Assembly: GCF_018977255.1 (NCBI RefSeq)
Contig: NW_024704742.1
Location: 133,736,001-133,800,000, forward strand
DNA: 64,000 nucleotides
Source of the DNA: Callorhinchus milii
Taxonomy: Eukaryota
Direction of reading: 5' to 3'
Below, piece by piece: positions 13,732-25,240 of the stretch (its first letter is position 1; each line of letters starts with the position of its first letter). Made by a program: the position numbers and the translations under genes. The notes under the pieces were generated by a model. It had not been told where the DNA came from. It saw nothing but the letters and a program-made list of their open reading frames with translations, and ran no database searches.

Positions 13732-14140
13732 GTCTCAGCCTGTCTCAGTTGGTAGCACTCTCGCCTCTTGGTCAGAAGATGTGTGGGTTCAAGCTCTGTT
13801 AAGACTTCTGCCATCCTCAAGGCTGACACTGCAGTGCAGTTCTGGGGGAACACTATTCGTCCCTCCTTCAAATGAGTTATTAAAACTGAGGTCCTGTCTG
13901 CCTGTTCAGGTGGACTTTAAAAATTGAGTGACACTAATCAAAAAGAGAGGGAAGTTTCTTCTGATGTCTTGGCTAACAATCCCCCACATATTCACGTTAT
14001 GGCTGTTTGTGGGATATTATTACCATGTTCGAATTGGCTTCCGTATTCAGCTACAAAATACACGGTCACTTCACTCCTGTGAGGCACTTTGAGAAGTCTT
14101 CCTATCATTAAACGTGCTTTATCAATTGCAAACATTACTC
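13732..14140 (+). mobile_element. Deu-domain SINE
   Basis: tRNA-like head ctcagttggtagcactctcgcctc..gggttcaag, Deu core and tail. Confidence 0.8.
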
Positions 14141-14574
14141 TTTTTTACTGATAGTTCACAGAAGGTCTCAGACCATATCTTTCCTTTGTTACCATCCTTA
14201 TATGACTCTCCTTAATGCTGATTATTAATTATTATCTAATCATTAATTACCTTCTGAGTAAAGAAAAAACTTCCTGGTGTCTGTCCTGAAATTGCCCTTT
14301 ACAACTGTAAACCTATGCTGTTCTACTGTTGTTGCATCCTAAATTATTGTTCTGGGTTTACGTTTTCAATCCCATTTGAAATTTTATACACTTCTATATA
14401 AATTTCCCTCTGAGTCAGATGTCTTCTCTCAAGACTGATTGTCTGAATATATCTCTTCCACTAATATTGTTTAGTTCCCACCAAACCGTTAGTATGATAT
14501 TCTCTTATCATCGTTTGTGGATAATTTGTTAATCACAGTAACTTAACCCACTCAAAATAAGGTTTTGAAAGGGC

Positions 14575-14805
14575 AAATAGAGAAGTGCATTTAATTGAGT
14601 AACTAGAAAGATAAATTTAATAAGGTAAATAGAGTGATGAATTGAATAGGGTTAATGGAAAGGGAAAGAAAATGGAAAAGTAAATATAACAGAGTAAATG
14701 GAGAGGAAAAATTTAATAAAATAAATAGAGGTGAACTTAAAAGGTTAAATACAAGGATAATTAATTATTAAAGGAAGGTAGGATAAATTTAATAGGGTAA
14801 ATTCA
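14575..14805 (+). repeat. Degenerate purine/AT-rich tandem repeat (~26-28 bp unit)
   Basis: Recurring aaatttaata(a/g)ggtaaatagag-like unit. Confidence 0.55.
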
Positions 14806-15399
14806 TGGAGGCTATTTCAATTGCTCAGAGTCAGAGGGCCTAGAGTCCAAATCACCAATATAAAAGAGGAAGAAGTCAGAATATTATTTTTATTAAGTCT
14901 CGCTTTAAATCCTTCCACCTCAACCCTACCACCAGCAACTTCCCTCCTCTCCTCCTTCTCTCATCGCCCAACGTCTGACACCATCTTTGTTAAAGGTGTT
15001 AGTTTACGTTGGTCACAGAGGAGGTATTTTTCATCCTTGGGATTACAGTCAAATTCCATGCTTGGATTTATTTTACAGCATTTCTTCATAGATTTTGTCC
15101 AGCATCTCCCATTCTCACTAAGCCTTGGATAAGGTCCCAGAAAGCTGTATGGTGCCCATGGCAATGCGTTGCATTGAAAGGCAAAATAAGTCAAACACCC
15201 TCAGGAGAGTGTGGGATGTGGGATCATTTCAACAGATAAACAGATAAGTCATAAGAAAGGGTTCAGTACACCTCAGACACAGGTAATTCGGGGTCCTCTC
15301 GCTTGCAAGGTGAGCGTGCGCATCGCTACACTATAGGACTCCACATGGTACCACATGGGTTCAATGGCTACCACATTCTTCAAAGGATTCACTTTAGTT

Positions 15400-15655
15400 T
15401 CGGTCAGCCGGGCATCTGGCACGTGTGGAAACCCATCACCATGCTTAAGATTGAGACTCCACCTGAGTTCTGTGCATCACACCGACACATGGAAATTCCT
15501 GTGTTTATGGAAATGGAGTGTGCGCTCTTTCCCTAGAGGGACGCACTCTGCTTGCCTAATTACAGAGAGTATTAGACGCAGGCTGGCAAGAGCCCAGGCT
15601 TGGTGGACCCCAGCATGTGCATTGGGTCAACTGCCACAGTTCAAACAGTTAACAC
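15400..15655 (+). repeat. Family X copy
   Basis: cagccgggcatctggcac.tgtggaaacccatcaccatgcttaag..ctgcttgcctaatt.cagagagtattag..ggcaagagcc. Confidence 0.75.
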
Positions 15656-15920
15656 CACATAGCTTCGCATTGAAGGATATGCTGGAAGGTCCAATGACTG
15701 TGTGTTTTGTAGGCATACAGTCAGACTCTGATTGTACAGTCCGTAATAACATGGGATGTGATTTTATACACCCTCCCAGCTTCCACATTGTGCAAGTGGA
15801 GCCTGTCTTATAACAGGGTCCACCTGCATAATGTGAGTGATACCCAACTTCTCCTACAAGTCGGTGAACTTGAAACCAACAAGTGTGGTTTGTAACTGTA
15901 TCACATACATAATCAAAATC

Positions 15921-16050
15921 CAAAATACTGCAGATGCTGGAAATCTGAAACAAAAACAGAAGTCGCTGGGAACACGCAGCAGGTCAGGCAGCATCTATGG
16001 AGAAAGGAAAGTGCGTCAACCTTGTGGGTCCATGACCCTTTGTCAGAGCT
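15921..16050 (-). mobile_element. Penelope-like element terminal repeat fragment with decayed hammerhead core
   Basis: gatgctggaaatctgaaacaaaaacaga..cagcaggtcaggcagcatct resembles a common chondrichthyan repeat as I recall it; the minus strand reads ctgacaa-agggtc-atg-gaccc-acaag. Confidence 0.6.
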
Positions 16051-17368
16051 GCGGCATATTGGAAGGGAGAGGTTACACCTCTTTAACCCATCATTCCCTC
16101 TCGTCTACCCTATTTTCTCCTTTGTCTTCCTTGTGCTGCCTCCCACCTCCCTTAAAAGCCTCTTCGTTTTTTGTGGCATACATAATGTTGAGTTTACACT
16201 GGCTGAAGCCAAAGGTAACAAAGCTAAGGATGGTAGGCAGCCAGCAAGAGAAGGAGCTAAGGAACTTGTCTTTTGAGAGTGTGGACAATAGTACACAGAG
16301 ACCGTTGCTTTCATTCATCAAGCTGCTGGAGAAAGCAGGTTGCAAAGGCAGATACTTTTCCCTCTACAGATTTGTCAAATTGAAAGCCTGTCAACATTCT
16401 TGATGAGAGTGCTACATACATGCAAGATGTTGTTGTCCTTGATAACTAATTGTCTGCATCATCCTGATTCAACAACTTTCTAAGCAAGTGTTCTTTGAAT
16501 GAGACATTAAACCGAGGGCCCATCTGCCTGTTCAGGTGGACTTTAAAGATCCCATGCACTATTCAAAAAGAGAAGGCAGTTTCTCCCGGTGTCCTAGCCA
16601 GCACCCACAGATAAAACTGATCAATCACTTCACGGCTGTTTGTAGGATATTGCGGTGCGTAAAATTGTGCTGTTGAGTTTACCTGGAAAGTACAGTCACA
16701 GCATTTTACAGTATATCCTTCAGCCGTCCTCCTGACATGAAAGGCACTATATTAAACGCCACGATTATTGTTATTATTTTGGAGCATCCAGGATTTGGCA
16801 AAGTTAACCACAGCCTCCATCTTGAAGCTGGACTTCTGCGATTTCTTGAAGAATCAAAGTGTGGAATGAATTGAACAATTTGCCAAATTCTCGCAGCTCT
16901 GATCTGTTACAACATAAATAGAGTGAAATGTAGACCCTGGTGGAATGCTTCCTCAAAGACTTATGATTAAAAATCGGAAGCATTTGGACATGTTAAGCGC
17001 TCTGAAATTGTTCCCAGCATGAAGGCATCCATATAAATGCAACTTCTTGTCGCAAAGCAAGAATGCACATTTTGCAACATTGGTCAAAGAGGAAATTTGT
17101 CCATTGAGAAATTCAGAGTTGATTTGCATGTTGGCAATCCCATTTGAGTAAAATCCCAGTAGGTTATAAAGTTTATTTTTCATTCTTTCTGTCAACAGGA
17201 ACTTGCATTTATACAGTGAGCTTCATGCAGGATAAGGTCTCGGAACACTCTTGCAGAAATCGGCAAATCGTTGAATTCAGTCTCAAATTTGTAGTCAGTT
17301 TTCTGTAGTTTCTTAACTCGGATTAGTGCCGATTCCATTGGGTAACGCTGAGCCTATGTGTTTTTCAG

Positions 17369-17550
17369 GTGCCCCCTGTGTAAGGGACAGGATGTCGGCC
17401 AAATTCTGCCTCACTCTGAAGAAGTTGGATCGCTGTGTGGTGGCCACAATAAGGACCCAGTGTTGTCATACCTGCCATGGGGTGAGCTCACTGGCATCGA
17501 GAAGAGGCTTGCGACCAGCCTTCACCCGAAGACACAGCACCAGCTCCTGA
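17369..17550 (+). CDS. ADAMTS7: Terminal coding exon (PLAC domain + stop) of an ADAMTS metalloprotease, most similar to ADAMTS7
   Basis: Strong acceptor tgtgtttttcag|GT (phase 1). Translation APCVRDRMSAKFCLTLKKLDRCVVATIRTQCCHTCHGVSSLASRRGLRPAFTRRHSTSS* has the six-Cys PLAC pattern. It resembles the ADAMTS7 C-terminus as I recall it (C.RDR.S..FC..L..L.RC...TIRTQCC..C) better than ADAMTS12. Upstream exons were not found in the window. Confidence 0.88.
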
Positions 17551-17734
17551 GGAACATCTTTCTTTTCCCTTTGGCTGCGCTCCCCTCCCAATAACGGGAA
17601 CTATCCACCTCTGCTGTGGATTAGCACTCCCAAGAGAGCCCCGGGCTGGAGTGGAGGGTGAGGGAGGTTGGTGGGGTGGAGGTAATGTTAAAACCTGTGT
17701 CTATCGATTCGTTTTGCAGTGTAGATGATTGCGG

Positions 17735-18100
17735 ACGCCATTTGCAATTCCGTCTCGTCCGACCTGCTTCACATCCCTGTTCTCCCACCTCTTCCCCCAC
17801 CCTCGCCCAATCTGCCCCACCATCAGCCATTCTGCCTCCACCCTCTGTACCTCCATCCCCCTTACTCGCCCCCTACCCTCCCCCACCCCACTCCCTCCAT
17901 CCCTTCCCACTTTCAAAGGCCGCCACAAGACTTACCTCTTTGATCTGGCATTCGGTCATCTTCATTCCCCCACCCACCGTCCAGCCACCTTCTGATTCTT
18001 CAACTCCCACCAACCCCCCCCTTCCCCATTCCTTGCTTCGTATATAAAGCCGTTGGGACTTGTTCCCGACATGAAAGGTGCTGTTAAGTGTAAAACTTAC
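17735..18100 (+). mobile_element. Old L2 3' fragment in the ADAMTS7 3' UTR
   Basis: SLPTFKGRHKTYLFDLAF-like frame and a degenerate tail (gggacttgttcccgacatgaaaggtgct). Confidence 0.65.
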
Positions 18101-19059
18101 TTGTGTTTAATGTCTAAATTACTGCCCGGAATGAGCTTCCCATTTAGTCTTTCCCTCCCCTACGCTCTTTTGACCTGCAGAAAGATCCAGAGAGTGACAG
18201 CTGAGTCCTAGGTACCACTGTCCCAGCAATAGACACAACAGCTCTTGTTGCGCCAATTTATTTCAAGGAAAACCAGGCGCCGATGATTTGTTGAGCGGTG
18301 TAACGCCCTGCGAGATGCTACCCTGCGTGATGTTCTCTATATAAATGCCAGTTATTGTTGTTTCATCCATAGACTGAGATGCAGACTTGACGTAAAAGAG
18401 CAATTTCCAATTCTCTTTCATTTCACGACAGACAATCTTTGCTGTCGATTCCCAGTTCTGTGTTCCCGTTGCTTCTCTTTGATGGATTTAATCCTTTAAT
18501 CCCTAACCGCCCCTCCCCACCACCCTCCGCAACCCACCATCATTTTAAAGGCCCATCGTGAGCTCCCAAAAATGGCCATGCGGATTCCATCTTCGACCCA
18601 ATCGATCGAAGCTCCACAGTTAGAATTGATCAAAGGTGATTTCCACATGAAAGCAACTGCGTAAGTGTTACAAAAAAACTTTGATTGGACTAGTAATTTT
18701 ATTCCAAGGCCTCCCCTCCTCCTCACTTCTCCTGAATTACAATGATTAGTAACCAATTGTGTGCAATTGGCTGCCACGTTACATCCACAAAATACAGTCA
18801 ATCCACTTTACAGTATATCCTGTGCTTTAAGGTGTCTCAGTAATGTGATAAGGCGCTATATAAAATGCAAGGATTGCTATTAATTGTGGAATAAACCAAA
18901 ATCCATCGGGTGCAGGGCAAATTCTGTTTGATCTTAGCTGATTTCGGAAACGTTTAAGATGAAAACAATTTCTTTGACAGGTTCTCCTGGGAAGGACCTT
19001 AAACTTTCTCATGTTTTTAAAGAGCCCATGTGGAAGCGATTCAAAGAACCTAAATTCTA

Positions 19060-19270
19060 CCTAGCCCGTAAAAGTCCGCAGGCTCTTGCAAGCCTGCGCT
19101 AATTCTTTCCGGAATTAGGTAAGCAGGATACCTCCCTCCAGGGAGAGAAAGCATTCCATTCCAACAGTCTATCGCTGGGATTTCCATGTGCAGATGGGAT
19201 GCATGGAATTCTCAGTTTGGTTTGGAGACTCTTAAACATAGTGATGAGTATCCGCATGTGTCAGACACCA
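19060..19270 (-). repeat. Family X copy
   Basis: ggctcttgcaagcctgcgctaa..ggaattaggtaagcagga..ttccatgtg. Confidence 0.75.
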
Positions 19271-20607
19271 AAATAAAAGTCTGCCTCACAATTTAAAGAT
19301 CACCCCGAATTGTGCAAACATCTCAAGGCCCAGGATTAATCTGGAAGCTGGTTTTCTGCAGTTCTTAAACAAAAGCTGACTGACTTGTAAATGTTAGTCA
19401 CAAGCTCTCTATTGACGTCTAAAAATGAACTGGCATTCAGCGCTGGCTGCAACAACAATAATTTAGCATTTACTCAACGCCTTTCATGTCAGGAGGATGT
19501 TTCTAAGCGCTTCACAGAAAAGGTCGGGAGATTGAGGGGAGGATCCAAGTAAGGTGGAGGTGACAAAAAGCCTTGTTGAACAGAAAGGTATTAAGACAGG
19601 CTTTAGGAGGGAGGAAGGGAGGGAAGGAGGGAGGGAGGTGGACAGACTCTTATGATGGAGTTCCAGAGAGCAAGGGCAGAATGGTTGAAAGCTCACCCGC
19701 TGATGGGGGGGCAGGTAGGATAGGGGCTATGAAGCAGGCTGGTGTTCGCTGATTCAGCAGTTTAGCTGAACACTGTGTAAAGGGGCTTAGTTTACATTTC
19801 AGCAGAACTTTTGCAGGGTTTGAAGTGAGAATACATATTATTTTCCCACTCCCAATCGCTCAACGTGAGCTAGATGTCACCTGGTTTAGTTGGCAGCAGT
19901 CTCACTTCTGGGAATTTGAACTCATAGCCCAAGCTGGCACTCCAGTGCATTGCTGGGGGGGAGCACTGCATTGTCAGAGCTATCGCCTTTCAGATCAATT
20001 CTTTAACCAAGCTCCCGTCTATACTTTTTTCAGGTGGATGTTAAAGACCCCACTGCACTACTCGAACAGAGAAGGGATTATCTCCTGGTGTCCTGGCTAA
20101 CAGACCCCCAGTTAAAATTGTCCATTCAATTCACGGCTGTTTGTGCTTTGTGTAAATTGGGTCTGCGTTTGCCTGCAGAGTACACAGTCACTACACTTTG
20201 AGACGTTTCAACATTAGGCGTATAAAATGCAAGGATTATTATTGCAGAAAAACTGGTTAGGAATGGTTTTGGATTCCAGTGTCCAATTATTAGGCCTCTG
20301 GGAGCCAAAGCAGCACAACTGTGACATTCCCTCACTGTTGGTTCTTAAATTTCTCATGTTCCTATTTTTAGGAACGTGATCTTAAAGTTTAAGATCGTGA
20401 GGAATTTTGGAAAACCGTGTTGGAGTGTTGTCTTAATTTTTAACCCAATTTTCCTCAGTTCTCATTGTTTACTGCCTTCTCAATTAATGGTGAATGTAAT
20501 AGTGTTAAATCCCAAACCATCTTATCCTAAACGTTAAGACAATCATTTTAAGCCAATGAACAGAAGACTTTAGTTAAGGTCTTCTGTGTGTCCAAGAAAT
20601 ACAATGC

Positions 20608-20640
20608 CATGACACCTGGTGGTCAAACGCTGGTACTGCA
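20608..20640 (-). promoter_or_regulatory. Candidate CTCF binding site (core + upstream motif)
   Basis: The minus strand reads TGCAGTACC-agcgt-TTGACCACCAGGTGTCATG: the upstream TGCAGTACC motif, a ~5-bp spacer, then a CCACCAGGTGTCA core. It lies in non-repetitive sequence. Confidence 0.6.
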
Positions 20641-20807
20641 ACGTTTATAACGTATGTACGTGTATCCACACAATGTTTGTGGACCTGCGTGTGTGTTGTT
20701 ATGCATGAATGTCTGTGAATGTATGTTGTGTTTGTTCATGAGTGTTTGTGTGTGTATACTTAACCCTTATCGTTTCGTTTGTACGTGTGTGTCTATGTTG
20801 TGTTTGT

Positions 20808-21805
20808 GTGACATCATCCGCAGACATAGAGTCAATTTACACATGTATGCGGATGACACCCAACTCTATCTCTCTGCCTCTACCCTTGACTCCAGGGCCA
20901 CTGCTGTCCTGACAGAATGTCTGTCAGACATCAAGTCCTGGATGAGAGTTAACTTTCTTCAGTTGAACGTCAACAAGACTCAGGCTCTCCTGATTGATTC
21001 CCATCAGCGCCTCCACACCTCAGGCGCTGATATCATCACCATCCATGAATGCCAACTCCTCCTTGCTAAGCCAGTCCGGAACCATGGGGTCTTGTTTGAT
21101 CCTCAACTACCCCACATCAGTGCCATCTCCTGCTTTGCCTTCCCCCACCTCTGCAACATCACCCGGCTCCGCCACTATCTCACACCACAGGCCACCGAGA
21201 ACCTCTCACACAAATTCATAACATCCAGGCCCGACTATGCAAAGTCTTGATTGTCGGCGTCCCAACTCCTCCCTCCATAGCCTGCAGATCATTTAGAACT
21301 CCGCTGCCCGTGTCCTCTCCCGCACCAGGCTCCGCGAGCCTATCAACCCCATCTTCGCCCGACTCCACTGGCTTCTCATCAAACAGAGGATACACTTCAA
21401 GATTCTGGTCCTCACCTTCAAAACTCTCCATGCCCGTGCTTCCCCCTACCTTTGCAACCTTCTAACCCCTACCAACCTGCCTACTCTCTCCCCTCAGTTG
21501 GTTCCAGCCTGCTTCACATCCCCTGCCTCGCCCACCTCACCATTGGCGGGCAGACCTTCTGCCACTCTGTCCCCATGCTCTGGAACTCCATCCTGCAATT
21601 CCTCTATCTCATCCCCTCCCTTGCCTCCTTCAAGATCCATCTCAAGACCCTCATCTTTGACCATTCCCTCGGTCCCTCCCCCGCCCTCCACGCTTCCGGA
21701 TCCTGACCCCAGCTCGGGTCCTATACATTATCCAGCGCCTTGGGACGTCCTCCCGATGTGACCTTTCACATATACATATACGCTATACAAATGTAATCTT
21801 GTTGT
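20808..21805 (+). mobile_element. L2 LINE 3' ~1 kb
   Basis: DIIRRHRVNLHMYADDTQLYLS..CLSDIKSWMRVNFLQLN, ending in gcgccttgggacgtcctcccgatgtg and a ttgttgt tail; flanked by TG-rich sequence. Confidence 0.92.
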
Positions 21806-22321
21806 GCGTGTAAATGTTTCTCTGTGCTCGTGTGTATGTGTGTATATGTGTGTTTGTGTATACCTGTTTGACTGTGTTTGAGTGTGCATGTGTGTGTGTT
21901 TGTATGGGAGGGAGGCAGAATCCAAAGACATCCAACGATGATATTTTTGAATTCTGCTAAATGATCCGTGAAAGGCAATACATTTTTGTTTACAACCTAT
22001 TTGCTGTCGTCCCAGAGGAACCATATTGATAGCTGCCCAAAAGCAATCCCACTTCACCTATATGAAAGAACTTATCTTTTTACAGTGTCTTACAATAATA
22101 ATCCTTGCATTTAACATCACAATCACATCAAAGCCACTCCAATCTCTGAGCGAATCTTCCTTGCCTAGTGCAATGTTTTTTCTGTTGCAAACACAGCAGC
22201 CAATTTTGCAACAACAAGAAATTGCATTTATATAGTGCTATTCATGTCGTGAGGACGCCCCAAGGGCATCTTCAGCTACAAAAGCACACAGTCCACGTAA
22301 AATCCATTTGAGAGGTCACAA

Positions 22322-22476
22322 CGATCCTGGACGTTTAAATACAGTTAAGCGCTTTTGTACTGAATACAATCAAGTACTTCTCAATACAATTATCATCATT
22401 GTTCCACATGATTCTGTTGTTGTCAGTGCACTGTGGAAAAAAAGATTGCGGTTAACAGGACGTTGTGAAAACCCTG
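22322..22476. mobile_element. Partial second copy of the same MITE
   Basis: Aligns by eye to 53945-54100 (tactgaatacaat..tacaattatcatcatt.ttccac.tg) and ends in accctg+TA; the left TIR is not seen. Confidence 0.65.
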
Positions 22477-23717
22477 TACATTTACCTTGGGATTGTTGGC
22501 CGACACCTGGAGAAACATCCTTCTCTTTTCAAATAGCGCCGCATGATATTTAATGTCCACCTGATCAGGCCCGAGGTTTTAATGTCTCTTCTGAAAGACG
22601 GCGCCTCTGGCAAAGCATGAATGGAGGACTGGCCTGAGTTTAACTTGAGGAGCAAATTAAACCTCTCAAACTGGTGCTTTCCACAGTCTCGCATAATCTC
22701 ACTCATAATGGGTGTTGCTGGCCGACACCTTAAAGCTTTTTGGATCTTTCCCGAAAAAAGATAAATAATAACAAAAAAAAGTGCTTTCAAAAAATAGGTG
22801 CTAGACTGTGTTTCTATTGTCACTTGAAAGGAGGACACATGCAGAGAAACCAACACACAGTGAAAGTTGTTTGCTTTCTGCATTGGAGATTACCAGGGTA
22901 GCAGCTCATCGATAATTCCCAAGAACCTTACTGTGCAATGCTCAGACTGAGCACACAAAGGGCACATCAGAGGAACAAGGCATACTCTGATTAAATCCTT
23001 GCTTGAAAGGCAAACGCTTCAAAGTACTGTACGTGCAACAAAATGGGAATTAAGTGCTTTATCCCCCCTCCACACACAAAAATCGTTGTTTACATTACGG
23101 GCCCCGAAATTCCACCTAGTCTCAGGCCGTCTTCTCCCAGAATCTGAGGTTATGGAAAATTCTGTAAATCAGCATTCGATTTGGAAGTCTTCATTTGAAG
23201 AAAACTGTGGGAAACCCAGATTCCAAATCCACAAAATCAACGAACCCCCGACGATCAAATTGGTCATTCGTAAATTGGCTGCCACGTTCAGCTGAGCTGT
23301 TAAAAAAATTATAGCTTTCCGTATCGTATAGTCCATGTAAAATCCATTTGAGATGTCTCGACAACATGAGGAGACACTGTATCAAGTGCAAGGATTATTA
23401 TTATTATATAACTTGCATTTGTACGGTGCCCGTCAATGTTGTATAATGTCTCAGAACGCTTTACGGCCACAGTGACAGTGTTGGTTAATAAGCGAGGGAG
23501 GTAGGGGTGGCCTGGTGCAGGGTGGGAGGTAGAGACAAGACTGAAAGGAAGAATTCTCTGCAGTTTTGCGCAATCTTAAATTTAAAAGCAAATCCTTCAC
23601 ACTCTGAGACTCAGGTGGAATCGGTATGTCGTGATGACAGCCTGTAAATACTGTACTAAACACAAAACCCTTAAATCCTCTATGTCAAGCAAGCATTGTG
23701 AAATTTATACGCTGTGC

Positions 23718-23733
23718 AATAAACAGTAATAAA
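23718..23733 (+). promoter_or_regulatory. Candidate poly(A) signal (tandem AATAAA) ending the ADAMTS7 3' UTR
   Basis: AATAAAcagtAATAAA in unique sequence, preceded by TGTA motifs (tgtaaatactgtac) and followed by a T/GT-rich tract (ctgtttcactttgtggtc). Confidence 0.5.
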
Positions 23734-24196
23734 ATCATCTCACTGTTTCACTTTGTGGTCATGCCCTTTCTTTTAATATGTGAAATATTCATATATATAT
23801 ATATACATAAAAGTGAACTTCCAAGGTAATAAAAATAATCTGTGCAATCATCGAAATGTACAGCGCAGAAGGGAAACCATTCAGCCCATCGAGTTTGTAC
23901 TGGCTCTCAGAGCAAGCTGTCCATTCAATCCCACTGCCATGCCCTATCCCTATACCCCTTCAAGCTATCCCACCTCCTTACTTGACAAGGCGTTCTGCAT
24001 TCCAAAAACTTTGAGGGAAAAAAAATTGCCTTTTACTTTTTTTGTGATTATCTGAAACAATAGCTTTAAAAGTCTATCTGAACAGGCAGACGTGGCCTTG
24101 GTTTAATGTCTCATCTGAAAGTACGTTATTTGAAGTGCTTTAAGTCTCAAGGATATGATAAGGCAATTTTACAAATGCAAGGACTATTATTATCTC

Positions 24197-24370
24197 ACTA
24201 GAATACTCATTTGCCATCTATCAATCACAGCATCATGCTGCTTTTTGAATGAATACAGTGTCCTGACTTCAACCACTCTGGCTGACAACCTGTTCCAGTC
24301 ATTAATTATCCTATGGGTACAGAAAAGCTTCCTAGAGTCTGTTCTGAAATTGCTCTTAGCAAACTCTAAA
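24197..24370 (-). mobile_element. CR1-like fragment
   Basis: FRTDSRKLFCTHRIINDWNRLSARVVEVRTLYSFKKQ. Confidence 0.75.
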
Positions 24371-24992
24371 TAGCACCTCATCACATTGCCTCAGAGCACT
24401 TGATGAGATTATACTGTAAAGTGGAGTGACTCTGCATTTACAGACAAAGCGGCAGCCAATTTACGCATACAATATCTCACAAACAGCATGAAATGAATAA
24501 CCAATTTTATTTGGGGGATTGTTGGCCAGAACACCAGAAGCTGAGAGATGAGCATGATCACAGAAATTGTGCTTACAGAATGCAGGAGCTAAAAATCTAA
24601 AGTGAGCTGTTTAAAAATATTTGCAGTTTCAACAACAATTTGCCCAGCGCCTTTCACGGAGGGAGGTCTCAGATCACTTTACACCAATGGCAATAACGTT
24701 TTTACATTGATATAGCACAAGCATTAACAGGACAGTCTTGCCATTTTCATATAGCACTTTCACAGCAAATCATCTCAAAGCAGTTTGCAGTAATTTGCTG
24801 TCAAATATATTGACTGCGTATTTGGAAGGCAAATGGGGGCGGCCAATTTGTGCACAGCAAACAGTCTTCAAAACAGTCTTGACAACAGTGGTCCAACTTA
24901 TCTGAGGAGGACACTAGGACAGTCTCACTTGCCCAACATTTTGCCCTGCACAGGTTCTTTTGCTTGCGAGACGAGTGCTCTAACTGCTGAGC

Positions 24993-25240
24993 TACAACAA
25001 CAACAACAAAATTACATTTATAGAGCAGCTTTCATGTCGGGAGGACGTCCTAAGACACTGGACAGTCAGGGATCAGGACCCGAGCATGGGGGAGGGGAGG
25101 GGTGGGGTAGGGATGAGAAAAGGCAGAGGTGGGAGGGCGACCGAAGGCATGATCGAAGAGGAGGGTCTTAAGACCGGCCTTGAAGGAGGCAAGGGAGGAA
25201 GCGAGGCGAAGGGACTGTGAAATGGAGTTCCAGAGTATGG
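24993..25240 (-). mobile_element. L2 3' end
   Basis: LWNSISQSLRLASSLASFKAGLKTLLFDHAF plus tail. Confidence 0.85.

Noticed and set aside
17358..17594. Alternative frame RCPLCKG.. as a zinc-finger exon
   Set aside because: The overlapping frame gives a complete PLAC domain; the CPLC is incidental.
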